NCBI GenBank assembly: GCA_024639325.1
Contig: JAHEIO010000007.1
Coordinates: 4,679 to 68,678 of the forward strand
Source: Gammaproteobacteria bacterium
GTDB lineage: Bacteria; Pseudomonadota; Gammaproteobacteria; Arenicellales; JAANXG01
Length of the DNA: 64,000 nucleotides
Direction of reading: 5' to 3'
The position numbers were made by a program, and so were the translations under genes. Shown piece after piece: positions 11,165 through 21,815 of this stretch; the stretch's first letter is position 1, and every line of letters starts with the position of its first letter. The notes beneath the pieces are model-generated. The model was given only the letters and a program-made list of their open reading frames with translations, was not told the DNA's origin and did no database searches.

Positions 11165-11678
11165 ATTGCACCACGGCGGCCGGATTGGATTGGTTCATGA
11201 AAAACTCCCGTCCTCCACGCCGCGAAATACGGCGTGGAGGCAAGGAGACGCGTCAGCGTTTTTGGCGATAACCTCTGAGTCCGGATCCACTCCCGTGGCG
11301 TACCGCAATTGGCGGCTGGCAGTTGACCCGGGCTTTGAAAGCAACGACTAATTGCTTTCAAATCAATCAGTTACGAATGCCTTAGTCGAAACAACCTTGC
11401 TCTGCTTCGATTTCAGGATAGCTTAGCGGGGTCGTGTTCGAGGAACAAGCCCGTGACGAAAATGTAATATTTTATGGCCGTGCCGGCACGCTTCGCGCAC
11501 ACGCTGCAATCCGGCAGGAAAAAAGCTATCTAAAACAACGCGGTTTGGATCGACAAAAGAATATTAGAATTTTATAAAATAATTAATACGTATTATAAAA
11601 TCTTTATGCATCAGAATTACTTATAAAACTTTGGCCGAGTTTTCCCCTCGCCATCGATATGTCGAACGCGGTCCCGGC

Positions 11679-12893
11679 TCAGGGCTTTTCCACGGTCTGA
11701 ATCTTGACTTCCGAATGCAGTGTCCGATGAACCGGGCATTTGTCGGCGATCTCCAGCAGCTTCTTGCGTTGTTCCTCTCCCAGATCTCCTTCGAGCCGGA
11801 TCGACCGGCGAATGCGATCGACTTTTCCGCTTTGCGTTTCGCAATCCTCACAATCAGCGGCATGGATCTTGTCATGGGCGAGTTCGACCTCGACGCGCCG
11901 CAATTGCAAACCTTTTCTGTCAGCGTACATACGCAAGGTCATCGATGTGCAGGCCCCCAATGCGGTCAACAGTAAATCGTATGGAGACGGACCCGAATCA
12001 TCTCCGCCGTACGCCGCGGGTTCATCGGCGCGCAGGAGATGGGGGCCAATACGAACGTTCTGTGAAAATTTACCACTACCCTCTTCGCTGACGACTACCG
12101 TCCGGGGTTCGTTATCGGCGATGCCGCCCGCGTCCGCAGCTGGCAGGTATCGGCTCACCCAGGCGCTTACCACCCGGGCAACGTATTCCGCGTCCGCTTT
12201 CTCCGACAAAAGGTGGTCGGCGCCGTCCAACGATACAAAACTCTTCGGATGCAGGGCGGCCTGGTAAATTTCCCTGGCGTTGTCGATATCAACGGTGTCG
12301 TCCTGCGGGCTGTGCATCACCAGCAGCGCCCGGTTCAATCGACGAATTTGTTCTGACAACGCCTGCTTGCCGATATCTTCCAGAAATTGCTTTCGGATCA
12401 GGAACTTGCGTCCCGCCAGGAGCACCTCCCTCTCGCCTCGTGCCTCGATTTCATCGACGCTGTCACCGAAAAGGTGCCGCACGTGATCGGGATCGCTGGG
12501 CGCGCCTATAGTGATCACCGCCCTGCACTCATCGATGCGATTAGCCGCAGAGAGCACCGCTGCACCGCCAAGGCTGTGACCCACCAGAATCTCCGGTGCG
12601 TTGTTCCGTTGCCTCAAAAACTCCACCGCTTTGAGCAGATCTTCGATGTTGGAGCTGAAATTGGTGTTGGCAAAGTCCCCATCGCTGCCGCCCAGACCCG
12701 TAAAATCGAACCGAAGAACAGCAATCCCCTGATCCGCCAGGGCCCGGCTGATCCTGGATGCCGCAACCGTGTCCTTTGAACAGGTGAAACAGTGGGCGAA
12801 CAGCGCCCAGGCCGCGGGTTTGCCCAGCGGGAGATCCAATCGTGCATCCAGGTCGCCCTCGGTACCGGGAAATTTCAATCGCTGAGTTGGCAT
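11679..12893 (-). CDS. alpha/beta hydrolase - OsmC family fusion protein
   Basis: N-terminal hydrolase with nucleophile elbow GHSLGG. C-terminal OsmC/Ohr-like domain (GPSPYDLLLTALGACTSMT). Start set at the internal ATG (MPTQRLKF) at 12893 because the longer ORF would overlap mdh. 10 nt downstream of the mdh stop. Confidence 0.8.
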   Translation of the reverse strand: MPTQRLKFPGTEGDLDARLDLPLGKPAAWALFAHCFTCSKDTVAASRISRALADQGIAVLRFDFTGLGGSDGDFANTNFSSNIEDLLKAVEFLRQRNNAPEILVGHSLGGAAVLSAANRIDECRAVITIGAPSDPDHVRHLFGDSVDEIEARGEREVLLAGRKFLIRKQFLEDIGKQALSEQIRRLNRALLVMHSPQDDTVDIDNAREIYQAALHPKSFVSLDGADHLLSEKADAEYVARVVSAWVSRYLPAADAGGIADNEPRTVVVSEEGSGKFSQNVRIGPHLLRADEPAAYGGDDSGPSPYDLLLTALGACTSMTLRMYADRKGLQLRRVEVELAHDKIHAADCEDCETQSGKVDRIRRSIRLEGDLGEEQRKKLLEIADKCPVHRTLHSEVKIQTVEKP

Positions 12894-12903
12894 ACGGTCC
12901 CCT

Positions 12904-13884
12904 TCAGCCAAACAACTCCTCGACCGCGGCGCGCTCTTCACGCAGTTCCTTATCCGTCGACCGCATCTTTTCACGACTGAAATCGTTGATCTCCAGACCC
13001 TGCACGATCTCGTAGCGGCCGTCGCTACAGGTACAAGGATACGAATAGATGACGCCCTCGGAGATGTCGTAGCTTCCGTCGCTTGGCACAGCCATGCTTA
13101 CCCAGTCGCCGGATTTCGTACCCAGTGCCCAGGATCGCATGTGATCCATCGCCGCCGATCCGGCACTGGCCGCACTGGATGCACCGCGCGCCCTGATGAT
13201 CGCCGCGCCGCGCTGCTGCACGGTTGGGATGAAATCGTCGGTCATCCAGGCGTGATCCACTTTATCTATCGCTGCCTCGCGGTTGACGAGACAGTGATGT
13301 ATGTCAGGGTACTGGGTGGCCGAATGATTTCCCCAGATGATCATCCTGCTGATATCGGTTGAGTGCGTCCCGGTCTTGTCCGCAAGCTGACTTACGGCTC
13401 GGTTGTGATCGAGACGGGTCATTGCCGTGAACTGCTTGGGGTCCAGATCCGGCGCGTTATTGAGAGCGATCAGTGCATTTGTGTTGGCCGGGTTGCCCAC
13501 CACCAGCACCTTGATTTTCCGGCTGGCGGCAGCATTCAGCGCCTTCCCCTGCGCGGTGAAGATATTTCCGTTGTCCAACAGCAGGTCTTTTCGTTCCATT
13601 CCCGGTCCGCGCGGTTTGGCTCCGATAAGCAATGCGAAGTCGGCATCGCCAAATGCGGTCTCGGCATCGTCCGTATACACCACATCTTGCAGCAGCGGGA
13701 ACGCGCAATCATCCAGCTCCATGACGACGCCCTTGAGCGCATCGAGCGCCGGCGTGATTTCCAGAAGCTGAAGGATCACGGGCTGGTCGGCGCCCAGCAT
13801 CTCCCCGGCCGCGATCCGGAACAATGTACCGTAGCTTATCGCGCCTGCGGCTCCAGTCACCGCGACTCGCACTGCTTGTTTCAT
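12904..13884 (-). CDS. mdh: malate dehydrogenase
   Basis: [32 protein letters not shown]-terminus and the GNPANTNA motif of LDH/MDH-type malate dehydrogenases. Start set at the internal ATG at 13884. Confidence 0.95.
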   Translation of the reverse strand: MKQAVRVAVTGAAGAISYGTLFRIAAGEMLGADQPVILQLLEITPALDALKGVVMELDDCAFPLLQDVVYTDDAETAFGDADFALLIGAKPRGPGMERKDLLLDNGNIFTAQGKALNAAASRKIKVLVVGNPANTNALIALNNAPDLDPKQFTAMTRLDHNRAVSQLADKTGTHSTDISRMIIWGNHSATQYPDIHHCLVNREAAIDKVDHAWMTDDFIPTVQQRGAAIIRARGASSAASAGSAAMDHMRSWALGTKSGDWVSMAVPSDGSYDISEGVIYSYPCTCSDGRYEIVQGLEINDFSREKMRSTDKELREERAAVEELFG

Positions 13885-14031
13885 AATTTGATCCTCTTCG
13901 TAGATAAACTGTAAGCTCTGAGCGGAAGTGCCCACACCGTTTCAGTGCCCGTGAAAAACCCGGCAGTTTAAACGAGAAAAAGAGTAAGAAAAAGTGGCCG
14001 TGGATACCCGGCGCCGCCTCGCCGATGTTGG

Positions 14032-15210
14032 CTACTTCGCCGTAAGATGTTCGATCAGTTTGTCGACGAAGCGTTCACAAGCGGCCAGCTGGCTGGCCTC
14101 GATGAACTCATCGGGCTTGTGGGCCTGTTGTATCGAGCCGGGACCACATACGATCGCCGGTACACCGATTCGGTCGAAACCGCCGGCCTCGGTGCCAAAC
14201 GCCACTTTTCTGCATTCGGTGGAACCGCTGAATCGCCGGGCCAGATCAACAACAGCGGCGCCCGGATCGGTATCCAGGCCCGGAAAGCTGGAATCTTCTT
14301 CCCACGAAAAACCCGTTTCGGGATTGATCGCCTTCATGGCGGGCTCGAGTTTTTCTCGCGCGAAAAGCTGCACTTCCTCCAGCAGGTCCTGCGGCGAGTC
14401 CGCCGGCAGATTACGAAATTCGAACAAAAACCGGCATACCTCGGGCACGACGTTGACCATGGTGCCTCCCTGAATCACGCCGGTATGGATAGTCGTGTGC
14501 GGCACATCGTAAACCTCGTCGAACGGGCCCTCCTGCTCTTTTCTTCTTGCCATATCGCTCAGGTAGGTGATTGCTTTTGCGGCGTATTCAACGGCATTGA
14601 CCCCCTGCGGCGCCAGCGACGAATGACAGGCGTGGCCCTTCACCCTGCAGCGGGTGGTCAACTTGCCCTTGTGCCCGATAACGACGCCCATGCCGGTGGG
14701 TTCGCCGACGAAACAGATGCGGGGCCGGTTGTCCTGGCGGGAAAGGTATTGCAGCAGGCTTCGCACGCCGACGCAGCCGACCTCCTCGTCATAAGACAGA
14801 CAAATATGCACCGGTTCGGACAGCGGTGCGTTCAGCAGTCGCGGTACCGCTGCAAGCACTACCGCGATGAATCCCTTCATATCCGTCGTGCCACGGCCGT
14901 AATAGCGGCCTTCTTTCTCGCACATCCGCCACGGATCGAGCGTCCACGCCTGCCCCTCGACCGGCACCACGTCGGTATGGCCGGACAGCGCTACGCCGCC
15001 GCGGTCGGCGGGGCCTATGACGGCATAGAGATTCGCTTTGGTCTTGTCCGTGTTGAAGTCCAGCCAGGTGGCGACACCGTGCCCCTTCAAATACCCGTTG
15101 ACGTAGTCGATCAGGTCGAGATTGGAACGATAGCTGGTGGTGTCGAATGACACCAGCGCCTTCAGCATATCGACGGTGGCCGCGGCGGGCAAATTCATCT
15201 GGTCGTCCAT
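14032..15210 (-). CDS. argE: acetylornithine deacetylase / M20 family metallopeptidase
   Basis: 392 aa with M20 motifs (LSGHTDVVP, GRGTTDMKG, EEVGCVG). The ArgE assignment versus other M20 deacylases is by resemblance only. Confidence 0.7.
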   Translation of the reverse strand: MDDQMNLPAAATVDMLKALVSFDTTSYRSNLDLIDYVNGYLKGHGVATWLDFNTDKTKANLYAVIGPADRGGVALSGHTDVVPVEGQAWTLDPWRMCEKEGRYYGRGTTDMKGFIAVVLAAVPRLLNAPLSEPVHICLSYDEEVGCVGVRSLLQYLSRQDNRPRICFVGEPTGMGVVIGHKGKLTTRCRVKGHACHSSLAPQGVNAVEYAAKAITYLSDMARRKEQEGPFDEVYDVPHTTIHTGVIQGGTMVNVVPEVCRFLFEFRNLPADSPQDLLEEVQLFAREKLEPAMKAINPETGFSWEEDSSFPGLDTDPGAAVVDLARRFSGSTECRKVAFGTEAGGFDRIGVPAIVCGPGSIQQAHKPDEFIEASQLAACERFVDKLIEHLTAK

Positions 15211-15234
15211 ATATCGGGTTCAGTCAGAGGGTTA

Positions 15235-17472
15235 CTACTGCATGCGCCGCCGGGCTTCGATGACGTTAGGCAACTGGCCGATACGGGAGAGGGCCTGGCT
15301 TATTTTTTGTATGTTGGTCACCTCGACCGTAAGGGTCATATGGGAAAGGTGCTCTTTTTTGTCGGTGGCGAGGTTCACCGCGATTACGTTGATTTTAGCA
15401 TCCGCAAGAACGGACGTAATGTCCCTCAACAAACCATGTCGATCGTACGCGGTTACCAGTATGTCGACAGGATAGCTCTCCTCTCCATCGGCGCCCCACT
15501 CCACTTCGACGAGCCGCTCCGGGGACATGGTGCGATGTCTCAGAACGTTGCCGCAGTCCTGCCTGTGTATTGTGACACCGCGGCCGCGGGTGATGAATCC
15601 GACGATTGGGTCACCCGGCACGGGGTTGCAGCAGCTGCCGAGACTGGTCAGCAGATTACCGACACCGTGCACCTTGAACTCCTTGCGCGGTTTATCGGTG
15701 CGCTGCGCCCGGACCGGCACGACCGGGGCTTCCTGTACGCTCCGGGGCGCGACCATTTCCTGCGCGGTATTCACCACTCGGCCCGGCTTGAGTTCACCCT
15801 CCGCCAGCATCCTGAACATGTCGTCCGCCTTGCTGTAACCAAGCTTGCGCGCAAGCTTTTCATAGTTGACTTCGTCGAGCGCCATGCGATGCAGTTCTTT
15901 TTCCAGAACCTGCCGGCCTTGGGCAACGTTCTGTTCGTAGTTTTCCTGCCTGAACCAGTGCTGGATGCGAGATCGGGCCCGCGGCGTCTTGATGTATCCC
16001 AGGTGCGGGCTGAGCCAGTCTCTGCTCGGCCCGCCCTTCTTCACCGTCAGCACTTCCACCTGCTCGCCATTTTTCAGCTTGTAGGTCAGCGGCACGATGC
16101 GCCCATTGACCTTGGCACCGCGGCAGCGGTGCCCCACTTCGGTGTGTATGCCATAGGCGAAATCGATCGGGGTGGCGCCCTGCGGAAGGTCGATGACCTG
16201 TCCCCCCGGTGTAAAAACATAGACCCGCTCCTCGAACACTTCGGCCTTCACCCTGTCGACGAATTCACTTGCGTCCGACACCTCGTCCTTCCACTCGAGC
16301 AGCTGCCGCAGCCAGGCGATTTTCTGGTCCAGGCTGGCATCCTGTTTGCCGCCTTCCTTGTAGCGCCAGTGCGAGGCGATGCCGAGCTCATTGTGTTCGT
16401 GCATGGCGTGGGTGCGGATCTGCACCTCGACGATTTTTCCTTCGGGACCGATGACGGCGGTGTGTATCGACTGGTAGTTGTTCTCTTTCGGGGTGGCTAT
16501 GTAGTCATCGAATTCTCCGGCGATATGGGGCCACTGGGTATGCACTACGCCCAGCGCCCCGTAGCAGTCCTGTACGGAGTCGGTCAGGATGCGGACCGCG
16601 CGGACGTCGAATATATGCTCGAAGTCGATATCCTTGCGGCGCATCTTGTTGCGTATGCTGTAGATGTGTTTTGGCCGGCCGAAAACTTCGGCATCGATGC
16701 CAGCCTTGTTCAGTTCACGGCTCAACTCGGCCGTGAAGTATTCAATGTAACGTTCGCGGTCGACGCGCCGCTCCGCGAGCATGCCCGCAATATCCCTGTA
16801 CACTTCAGGCTCGAGGTAGCGCAGGGACAGGTCTTCCAGTTCCCACTTGAGCTGCCACATGCCGAGCCGGTTGGCCAGAGGAGCAAATATGTCGAGGGTT
16901 TCCCGGGCGATCCTGATCTGCTTGTCGCGGGGCAGCGCCTTCAGCGTTCGCATGTTGTGTAGACGATCAGCAAGCTTCACCAGGACGACGCGCACGTCCT
17001 CGACCATGGCCAGGAGCATTTTGCGCAGGTTTTCCACCCGGACGGAATCCTTGGCTTTCTTGTCCCCGCCATCGTACTCACCAATGACGTCCATTTTGGT
17101 CACTCCGTCGACCAGGTGGGCGATGACTTTTCCGAACCGTTCCTCGATTTCCCCAAGCGTTACCGTGGTGTCCTCGACAACGTCGTGCAGCAGCGCGGCG
17201 GAGATGGCCTCGTGGTCGAGATGGAGGTCGTTCACGATGCCGGCGACGGCCAGCGAGTGCTCGTAGTAGGGTTCACCTGACGCCCGGGCCTGCCCGGTGT
17301 GGGCCGAAATGGCCAGCCTGGCCGCATCGCGTATGACTTCGATCTGCTCCGGGGAATGGGCCTGGTCGAGGCGCGCCGCCCAACCCAAGGCGATTTCATC
17401 CCCGTCCGTGATGTCCTTGAGGGACTCAGGGAACGTTCCCTGGTTCGAAGCGGTAACCAGATCGGTGTTCAT
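15235..17472 (-). CDS. RelA/SpoT-homologue (p)ppGpp synthetase with intact hydrolase motifs
   Basis: 745 aa. HD-domain motifs are retained (LLHDVVEDT, LADRLHNMRTL). Also has a synthetase domain (RPKHIYSIRNKM ... YQSIHT), TGS and ACT-like C-terminal domains. Confidence 0.95.
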   Translation of the reverse strand: MNTDLVTASNQGTFPESLKDITDGDEIALGWAARLDQAHSPEQIEVIRDAARLAISAHTGQARASGEPYYEHSLAVAGIVNDLHLDHEAISAALLHDVVEDTTVTLGEIEERFGKVIAHLVDGVTKMDVIGEYDGGDKKAKDSVRVENLRKMLLAMVEDVRVVLVKLADRLHNMRTLKALPRDKQIRIARETLDIFAPLANRLGMWQLKWELEDLSLRYLEPEVYRDIAGMLAERRVDRERYIEYFTAELSRELNKAGIDAEVFGRPKHIYSIRNKMRRKDIDFEHIFDVRAVRILTDSVQDCYGALGVVHTQWPHIAGEFDDYIATPKENNYQSIHTAVIGPEGKIVEVQIRTHAMHEHNELGIASHWRYKEGGKQDASLDQKIAWLRQLLEWKDEVSDASEFVDRVKAEVFEERVYVFTPGGQVIDLPQGATPIDFAYGIHTEVGHRCRGAKVNGRIVPLTYKLKNGEQVEVLTVKKGGPSRDWLSPHLGYIKTPRARSRIQHWFRQENYEQNVAQGRQVLEKELHRMALDEVNYEKLARKLGYSKADDMFRMLAEGELKPGRVVNTAQEMVAPRSVQEAPVVPVRAQRTDKPRKEFKVHGVGNLLTSLGSCCNPVPGDPIVGFITRGRGVTIHRQDCGNVLRHRTMSPERLVEVEWGADGEESYPVDILVTAYDRHGLLRDITSVLADAKINVIAVNLATDKKEHLSHMTLTVEVTNIQKISQALSRIGQLPNVIEARRRMQ

Positions 17473-17673
17473 CGATCAATGATGGGAGCTTTGGCTAGCA
17501 GTTGCAAGCCGCATACCGAGAGTTCACGGCAATGCGGGCACGGCACCACGAGCCGCCTGCCCAGGACATGCTGGCCGGCCGGCAGATCGTTCAGCAGGAC
17601 GAATCCGGAAACCCGTATTCGTCAGCGGAAAATCCTCCGCTGCGCGTTGGGCCCGCCCCAGCGTCACGGAGGA

Positions 17674-19953
17674 TCAGCCGGATTTCAGACGCCAGGCGTC
17701 CGACACCGCGATTGCGCTGGTATTGAAAATGCTCTTGGTGCTGGCGGCGGAGGTAACGATGTGCGCGGGTTTTGCTACACCCGACAGTATGGGTCCGATG
17801 AGCGTCGCATCGGTAATCGAGCGGATGAGTTCCATGGCAATGTAGGCGGTGTCCAGCGAGGGCATGATCAAAAGGTTGGCCGCGCCTTTCAGCGAACTGT
17901 ACGGGTTGTCCTCCTGCCTTACGGCTTCGTCCAAGGCATTCAGAACATGCATTTCCCCGTCCACCTCGAGTTTCGGGGCCACGTTCTTGATCATATCCAC
18001 CGCGCGGCGCATCTTTCGGGCGACGCCGGCCTTTGAGGTGCCGAAGTTCGAGTGGGAGAGGAGCGCAATTTTGGGTTTGATGCCGAAACTTGACACCCGC
18101 GCGGCGGAAGCCAGGGTTTTCTCGACGATTTCTTCGGCGGTTGGATCCACGCCAATGTGCGTATCGGCAATGAACAGGGGACCTTTGGGCGTGAGGAGAA
18201 TGCTCAGTGCGGATATTTTCTGGCCCGGTTCGGCGGGGCCGATGACCTCCAGAATCTGTCGCAGGTGCATGTCGAAGCGCCCGACCGTGCCGCAGATCAT
18301 CGCCTCGGCCTCTCCCTTGGCAACCATGCATGCGGCAATCGCGGTGGTGTTGGTCCGGATCGCGATTCTTGCGGCGGATACCGATACGCCCCTCCTGCAC
18401 ACCCGCGAATGATAGAACTGCCAGTACTCGTCGTAGCGCGGATCGCTCTGCGGATCGACCAGTTCGAAATCCCGATCCGCCTTCAAGCGCAATCCCAGCC
18501 TGTCAATTCGCGTATCGACGACATCGCGCCGCCCGATCAGGATTGGATTCGCGATGTTTTCATCGACCACCGCCTGCAGTGCCAGCAGCACGGTCTGATT
18601 TTCCCCATCGGCGTAGACCAGCCGTTCCCTGTCTCTCTTGGCGATGTCGATGATCGGTTGCATGAACAGCCACGAGCGGTAGCTGAAGCTGCGCAGATCC
18701 TCCCGGTACGCCCTCAGATCCTCGATCGGCCTGGTGGCAACCCCGGTGTCTATCGCGGCCTTGGCAACGGCGTATGGCACCTCCACCATCAATCTGGGAT
18801 CGAACGGTTTGGGGAGAATGAACTCGGAGCCGAACCGCAGCGTCTGTCCATGGTAGGCGCTGGCCACGTCATCCGTCGACTCGCGCATTGCAAGGTCGGC
18901 AATTGCATCGACGCAGGCGATTTTCATCTCTTCATTCAGGGTGGTCGCACCCACATCGAGGGCACCCCTGAATATGAATGGAAAGCAGAGCACGTTGTTG
19001 AGCTGATTAGGATAGTCCGAGCGGCCGGTGGCGACGATCGCGTCGGACCGGACCTCATAGACCTGCTCAGGCCAAATCTCGGGCTCCGGGTTTGCCAGCG
19101 CCAGAATCAGGGGTTTGTCCGCCATCCCGGCCACCATTTCCTGCTTGAGCACACCCGGACCCGACAGGCCCAGAAATATGTCCGCAGCCTCGATCGCCTC
19201 CTCGAGCGTGCGCTTGGCGGTGTTCACAGCGAAGCGCGATTTGTATGGATTCATGTCTGTCTCGCGCCCTTCGTAAACGACGCCGTGCAGATCGACCAGA
19301 ATGATGTTATCCCGGCGCAACCCCAGGCTCACCAGCTGATCGAGACACGCCAGCCCCGCCGCACCGCCTCCGGTGGACACCAGTTTCACCTGGTCTATAT
19401 CCTTGCCGACGATTCGCAGTCCGTTGCGGATCGCGGCACTCACGACTATCGCCGTGCCGTGCTGATCGTCGTGGAACACCGGAATATTCATCCGCTGCTG
19501 AAGCCTGGACTCCACGATAAAGCACTCCGGTGCCTTGATATCTTCCAGATTTATGGCGCCGAACGTGGGCTCCATGGCCGCGATGATATCCACCAGCCTG
19601 TCCGGGTCGTTCTCGTTCAATTCGATGTCGAATACATCGATACCGGCGAATTTCTTGAACAAGGCCGCTTTCCCTTCCATCACGGGTTTCGACGCCAGAG
19701 GGCCTATCGTGCCGAGACCGAGCACCGCGGACCCGTTGGTAATCACCCCCACAAGATTTCCACGAGTTGTGTATATCGACGCGTCTGCCGGGTTGTCTCT
19801 GATGCGAATGCATGGGAACGCTACGCCCGGCGAGTACGCCAGCGACAGGTCCCGCTGATTCGACATGGGCTTGGTGGCTGATACAGCAAGCTTGCCGGGG
19901 CGCTGATCGCTGTGATACCTGAGCGCGCTTTCTTCCAGATCCAGATCTTTCAT
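17674..19953 (-). CDS. maeB: NADP-dependent malic enzyme (malic enzyme + phosphotransacetylase-like domain)
   Basis: 759 aa. N-terminal malic-enzyme domains ([21 protein letters not shown]) and a C-terminal PTA-like domain give the MaeB architecture. Confidence 0.95.
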   Translation of the reverse strand: MKDLDLEESALRYHSDQRPGKLAVSATKPMSNQRDLSLAYSPGVAFPCIRIRDNPADASIYTTRGNLVGVITNGSAVLGLGTIGPLASKPVMEGKAALFKKFAGIDVFDIELNENDPDRLVDIIAAMEPTFGAINLEDIKAPECFIVESRLQQRMNIPVFHDDQHGTAIVVSAAIRNGLRIVGKDIDQVKLVSTGGGAAGLACLDQLVSLGLRRDNIILVDLHGVVYEGRETDMNPYKSRFAVNTAKRTLEEAIEAADIFLGLSGPGVLKQEMVAGMADKPLILALANPEPEIWPEQVYEVRSDAIVATGRSDYPNQLNNVLCFPFIFRGALDVGATTLNEEMKIACVDAIADLAMRESTDDVASAYHGQTLRFGSEFILPKPFDPRLMVEVPYAVAKAAIDTGVATRPIEDLRAYREDLRSFSYRSWLFMQPIIDIAKRDRERLVYADGENQTVLLALQAVVDENIANPILIGRRDVVDTRIDRLGLRLKADRDFELVDPQSDPRYDEYWQFYHSRVCRRGVSVSAARIAIRTNTTAIAACMVAKGEAEAMICGTVGRFDMHLRQILEVIGPAEPGQKISALSILLTPKGPLFIADTHIGVDPTAEEIVEKTLASAARVSSFGIKPKIALLSHSNFGTSKAGVARKMRRAVDMIKNVAPKLEVDGEMHVLNALDEAVRQEDNPYSSLKGAANLLIMPSLDTAYIAMELIRSITDATLIGPILSGVAKPAHIVTSAASTKSIFNTSAIAVSDAWRLKSG

Positions 19954-20065
19954 AGCTAGTGTCCCCTCATGACTGAACAGTATTCTATATCGGGACCATT
20001 TTAAAGAGATGTTTCATGCGGCCGCCGGGAACTCTGGCCGCCAATTCATGCCATAATGACTTGCC

Positions 20066-20725
20066 ATGAACGATACCCCGAAGCATCCGCAAAGATCGCG
20101 TCGCTTGCTGATCGCTGCCGTCCTGGTGACGGCGCTCGGTGCGGGGCTGGCCATCGGTGTCTGGATCAAGGCGAACACGATTACCCTGGACGACATCAAT
20201 GCAACGGTCCTAGAGCCTCCCGCCAGCCTGGAGGAATTCCAACTCACGGCGCACACAGGGTCGCCCTTCACGCTAGAGTCGTTGAAGGACAAATGGACTT
20301 TCATGTTTTTTGGCTACATCAACTGTCCGGATATCTGCCCGACCACGCTCAGCACCCTTTCCAAAATGGACAAGATTATCGTCGAATTGGATCCTGAAGC
20401 GGACAGTCAGGTCGTATTCGTGTCGGTGGACCCTGAACGGGACACGGTGGAAAAACTCTCTCGATACGTGCCCTACTTCGATCCGTCATACATCGGCGTC
20501 ACCGGAAACCGCGCCGATATCAACCGCTTTACACGCGGGCTCGGCATCCTTCACGTACGTGCCGGAGAAGAAGGCGATGCCGATTACCTGGTAAACCATT
20601 CCTCGTCGATCCTCCTCTTCAATCCCGACGGCGATCTCCGTGCACTGTTTTCCGGGATCCCCCACGATGCCGCCGATCTAGCCGACAGCTTCCTGAAAAT
20701 CGTGCAGCTATCAGACCATGGGTGA
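20066..20725 (+). CDS. SCO1/SenC family copper chaperone
   Basis: 219 aa with an N-terminal membrane anchor, a thioredoxin-like fold, the CPDICP CxxxC motif and a downstream His (LVNHSS). Confidence 0.85.
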   Translation: MNDTPKHPQRSRRLLIAAVLVTALGAGLAIGVWIKANTITLDDINATVLEPPASLEEFQLTAHTGSPFTLESLKDKWTFMFFGYINCPDICPTTLSTLSKMDKIIVELDPEADSQVVFVSVDPERDTVEKLSRYVPYFDPSYIGVTGNRADINRFTRGLGILHVRAGEEGDADYLVNHSSSILLFNPDGDLRALFSGIPHDAADLADSFLKIVQLSDHG

Positions 20726-21548
20726 GCCGAAAACCACCCCAGAGGTACTCATCGAACCGGGTGAGCTGGCGCGAATCGGAAGCGAACCCAACGTCATAAT
20801 CGTCGACCTGCGCAAGCGGGATCATTATGTTCAGGAGCATATCCCCGGCGCGGCCCATGTCGACACCAGATCCCTGGTGTGCGGCGTCCAGCCGGCGCCG
20901 GGTAAATTGCCCGGCGCGGCACAACTCGCCGCATCGTTGTCCGCAATCGGCCTTCGCAAAGATCATCATGTCGTGGCATATGACGATGAGGGCGGCGGTT
21001 GGGCGGGTCGTCTGCTATGGACGCTTGACGTCGTTGGACACCCCCACGCCAGAGTACTGAACGGCGGCATCCAGGCGTGGAAGGAAGCGGGCCAGGCGCT
21101 TTCTCGAAATGTGCCGGAGATCGACGAAACCTGGTATGAAGTCCACTATCATTCTACGGCGATGGCTTCAAGGGATGAAATCCTGTCACACCTCGGCGAC
21201 CCGTCGCTGGCCCTACTGGATGCAAGGACCCCCGAAGAATACGACGGCACCAGGGTCCGCGCGGCGAAGGGAGGACATATCCCCGGCGCGGTCAATCTCG
21301 ACTGGAAGGACACCATGGACACGGAAAGGCAGCTTCGCCTCCTTCCGGACAGTGTATTGCGCAAGATGTTGTTGGATCGAAACATTCGACCGGAACATCA
21401 GGTCGTGGTCTACTGCCATACCCATCATCGATCATCTCACAGCTATGTCATGCTCAGGCACCTTGGTTACCCGAAGGTCAAGGGCTATGACGGCAGTTGG
21501 TCGGAATGGGGAAACGATCCGGACACACCGGTGGAGAAAATCCCTTAG
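20718..21548 (+). CDS. tandem-rhodanese sulfurtransferase, RhdA-like
   Basis: 276 aa with two rhodanese repeats. The active-site loop YCHTHHRS resembles the Azotobacter RhdA CQTHHR loop. 8-nt overlap with the SCO gene. Confidence 0.85.
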   Translation: MGEPKTTPEVLIEPGELARIGSEPNVIIVDLRKRDHYVQEHIPGAAHVDTRSLVCGVQPAPGKLPGAAQLAASLSAIGLRKDHHVVAYDDEGGGWAGRLLWTLDVVGHPHARVLNGGIQAWKEAGQALSRNVPEIDETWYEVHYHSTAMASRDEILSHLGDPSLALLDARTPEEYDGTRVRAAKGGHIPGAVNLDWKDTMDTERQLRLLPDSVLRKMLLDRNIRPEHQVVVYCHTHHRSSHSYVMLRHLGYPKVKGYDGSWSEWGNDPDTPVEKIP

Positions 21549-21621
21549 AACCTGAACTAGTGCCCTGTCTCACAAATGGCTATCTTATTTAGTACCACGC
21601 GGGTGTAAATAGTGTGTTTTA

Positions 21622-21692
21622 CTGGATTGTTTCGCTGCGCTCGCAATGACTGCGGTTGTCATCGCGAGGAGCTTGGCGACGCGGCGATCCAG
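21622..21692. repeat. degenerate palindromic intergenic element
   Basis: Left arm CTGGATTGTTTCGCTGCGCTCGCAATGAC (21622-21650), 7-nt loop, right arm GTCATCGCGAGGAGCTTGGCGACGCGGCGATCCAG (21658-21692). The outer CTGGAT/ATCCAG and inner GCAATGAC/GTCATCGC segments pair well. The middle is degenerate, with a ~6-nt insertion. Confidence 0.5.
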
Positions 21693-21815
21693 TCAAAATC
21701 TGCGCTCCGCAGGAGACAATCGCCTCAAAACAAATGCAAAGCTATTTTTGAAACAGTACACTAGATCGCTGGCATCTTGCATCCTCCGCAGCGGTGTAGT
21801 TGACGAGGACTCATA

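Noticed and set aside
10507-11361. 284-aa minus-strand ORF overlapping the methyltransferase gene in another frame
   Set aside because: The 10418-11164 frame contains the SAM-binding motifs. This frame is Arg/Pro/Ser-rich with no motifs.
14047-15150. 367-aa ORF antisense to the argE-like gene
   Set aside because: It is fully contained in the M20 peptidase gene on the opposite strand and has no motifs.
15307-16962. 551-aa ORF antisense to the RSH gene
   Set aside because: Same reasoning: it overlaps a clearly real gene on the other strand and contains no recognisable motifs.
18157-19881. 574-aa ORF antisense to maeB (plus several 100-270-aa ORFs in the same region)
   Set aside because: These are antisense or out-of-frame overlaps with a confidently identified gene, and their composition is typical of spurious GC-rich frames.
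21549-21815. TPP riboswitch upstream of thiB
   Set aside because: I looked for the conserved CUGAGA and pyrophosphate-helix sequences. Only a 7-nt AACCTGA match was found, at the preceding stop codon. This is not enough to call a riboswitch without a covariance-model search.
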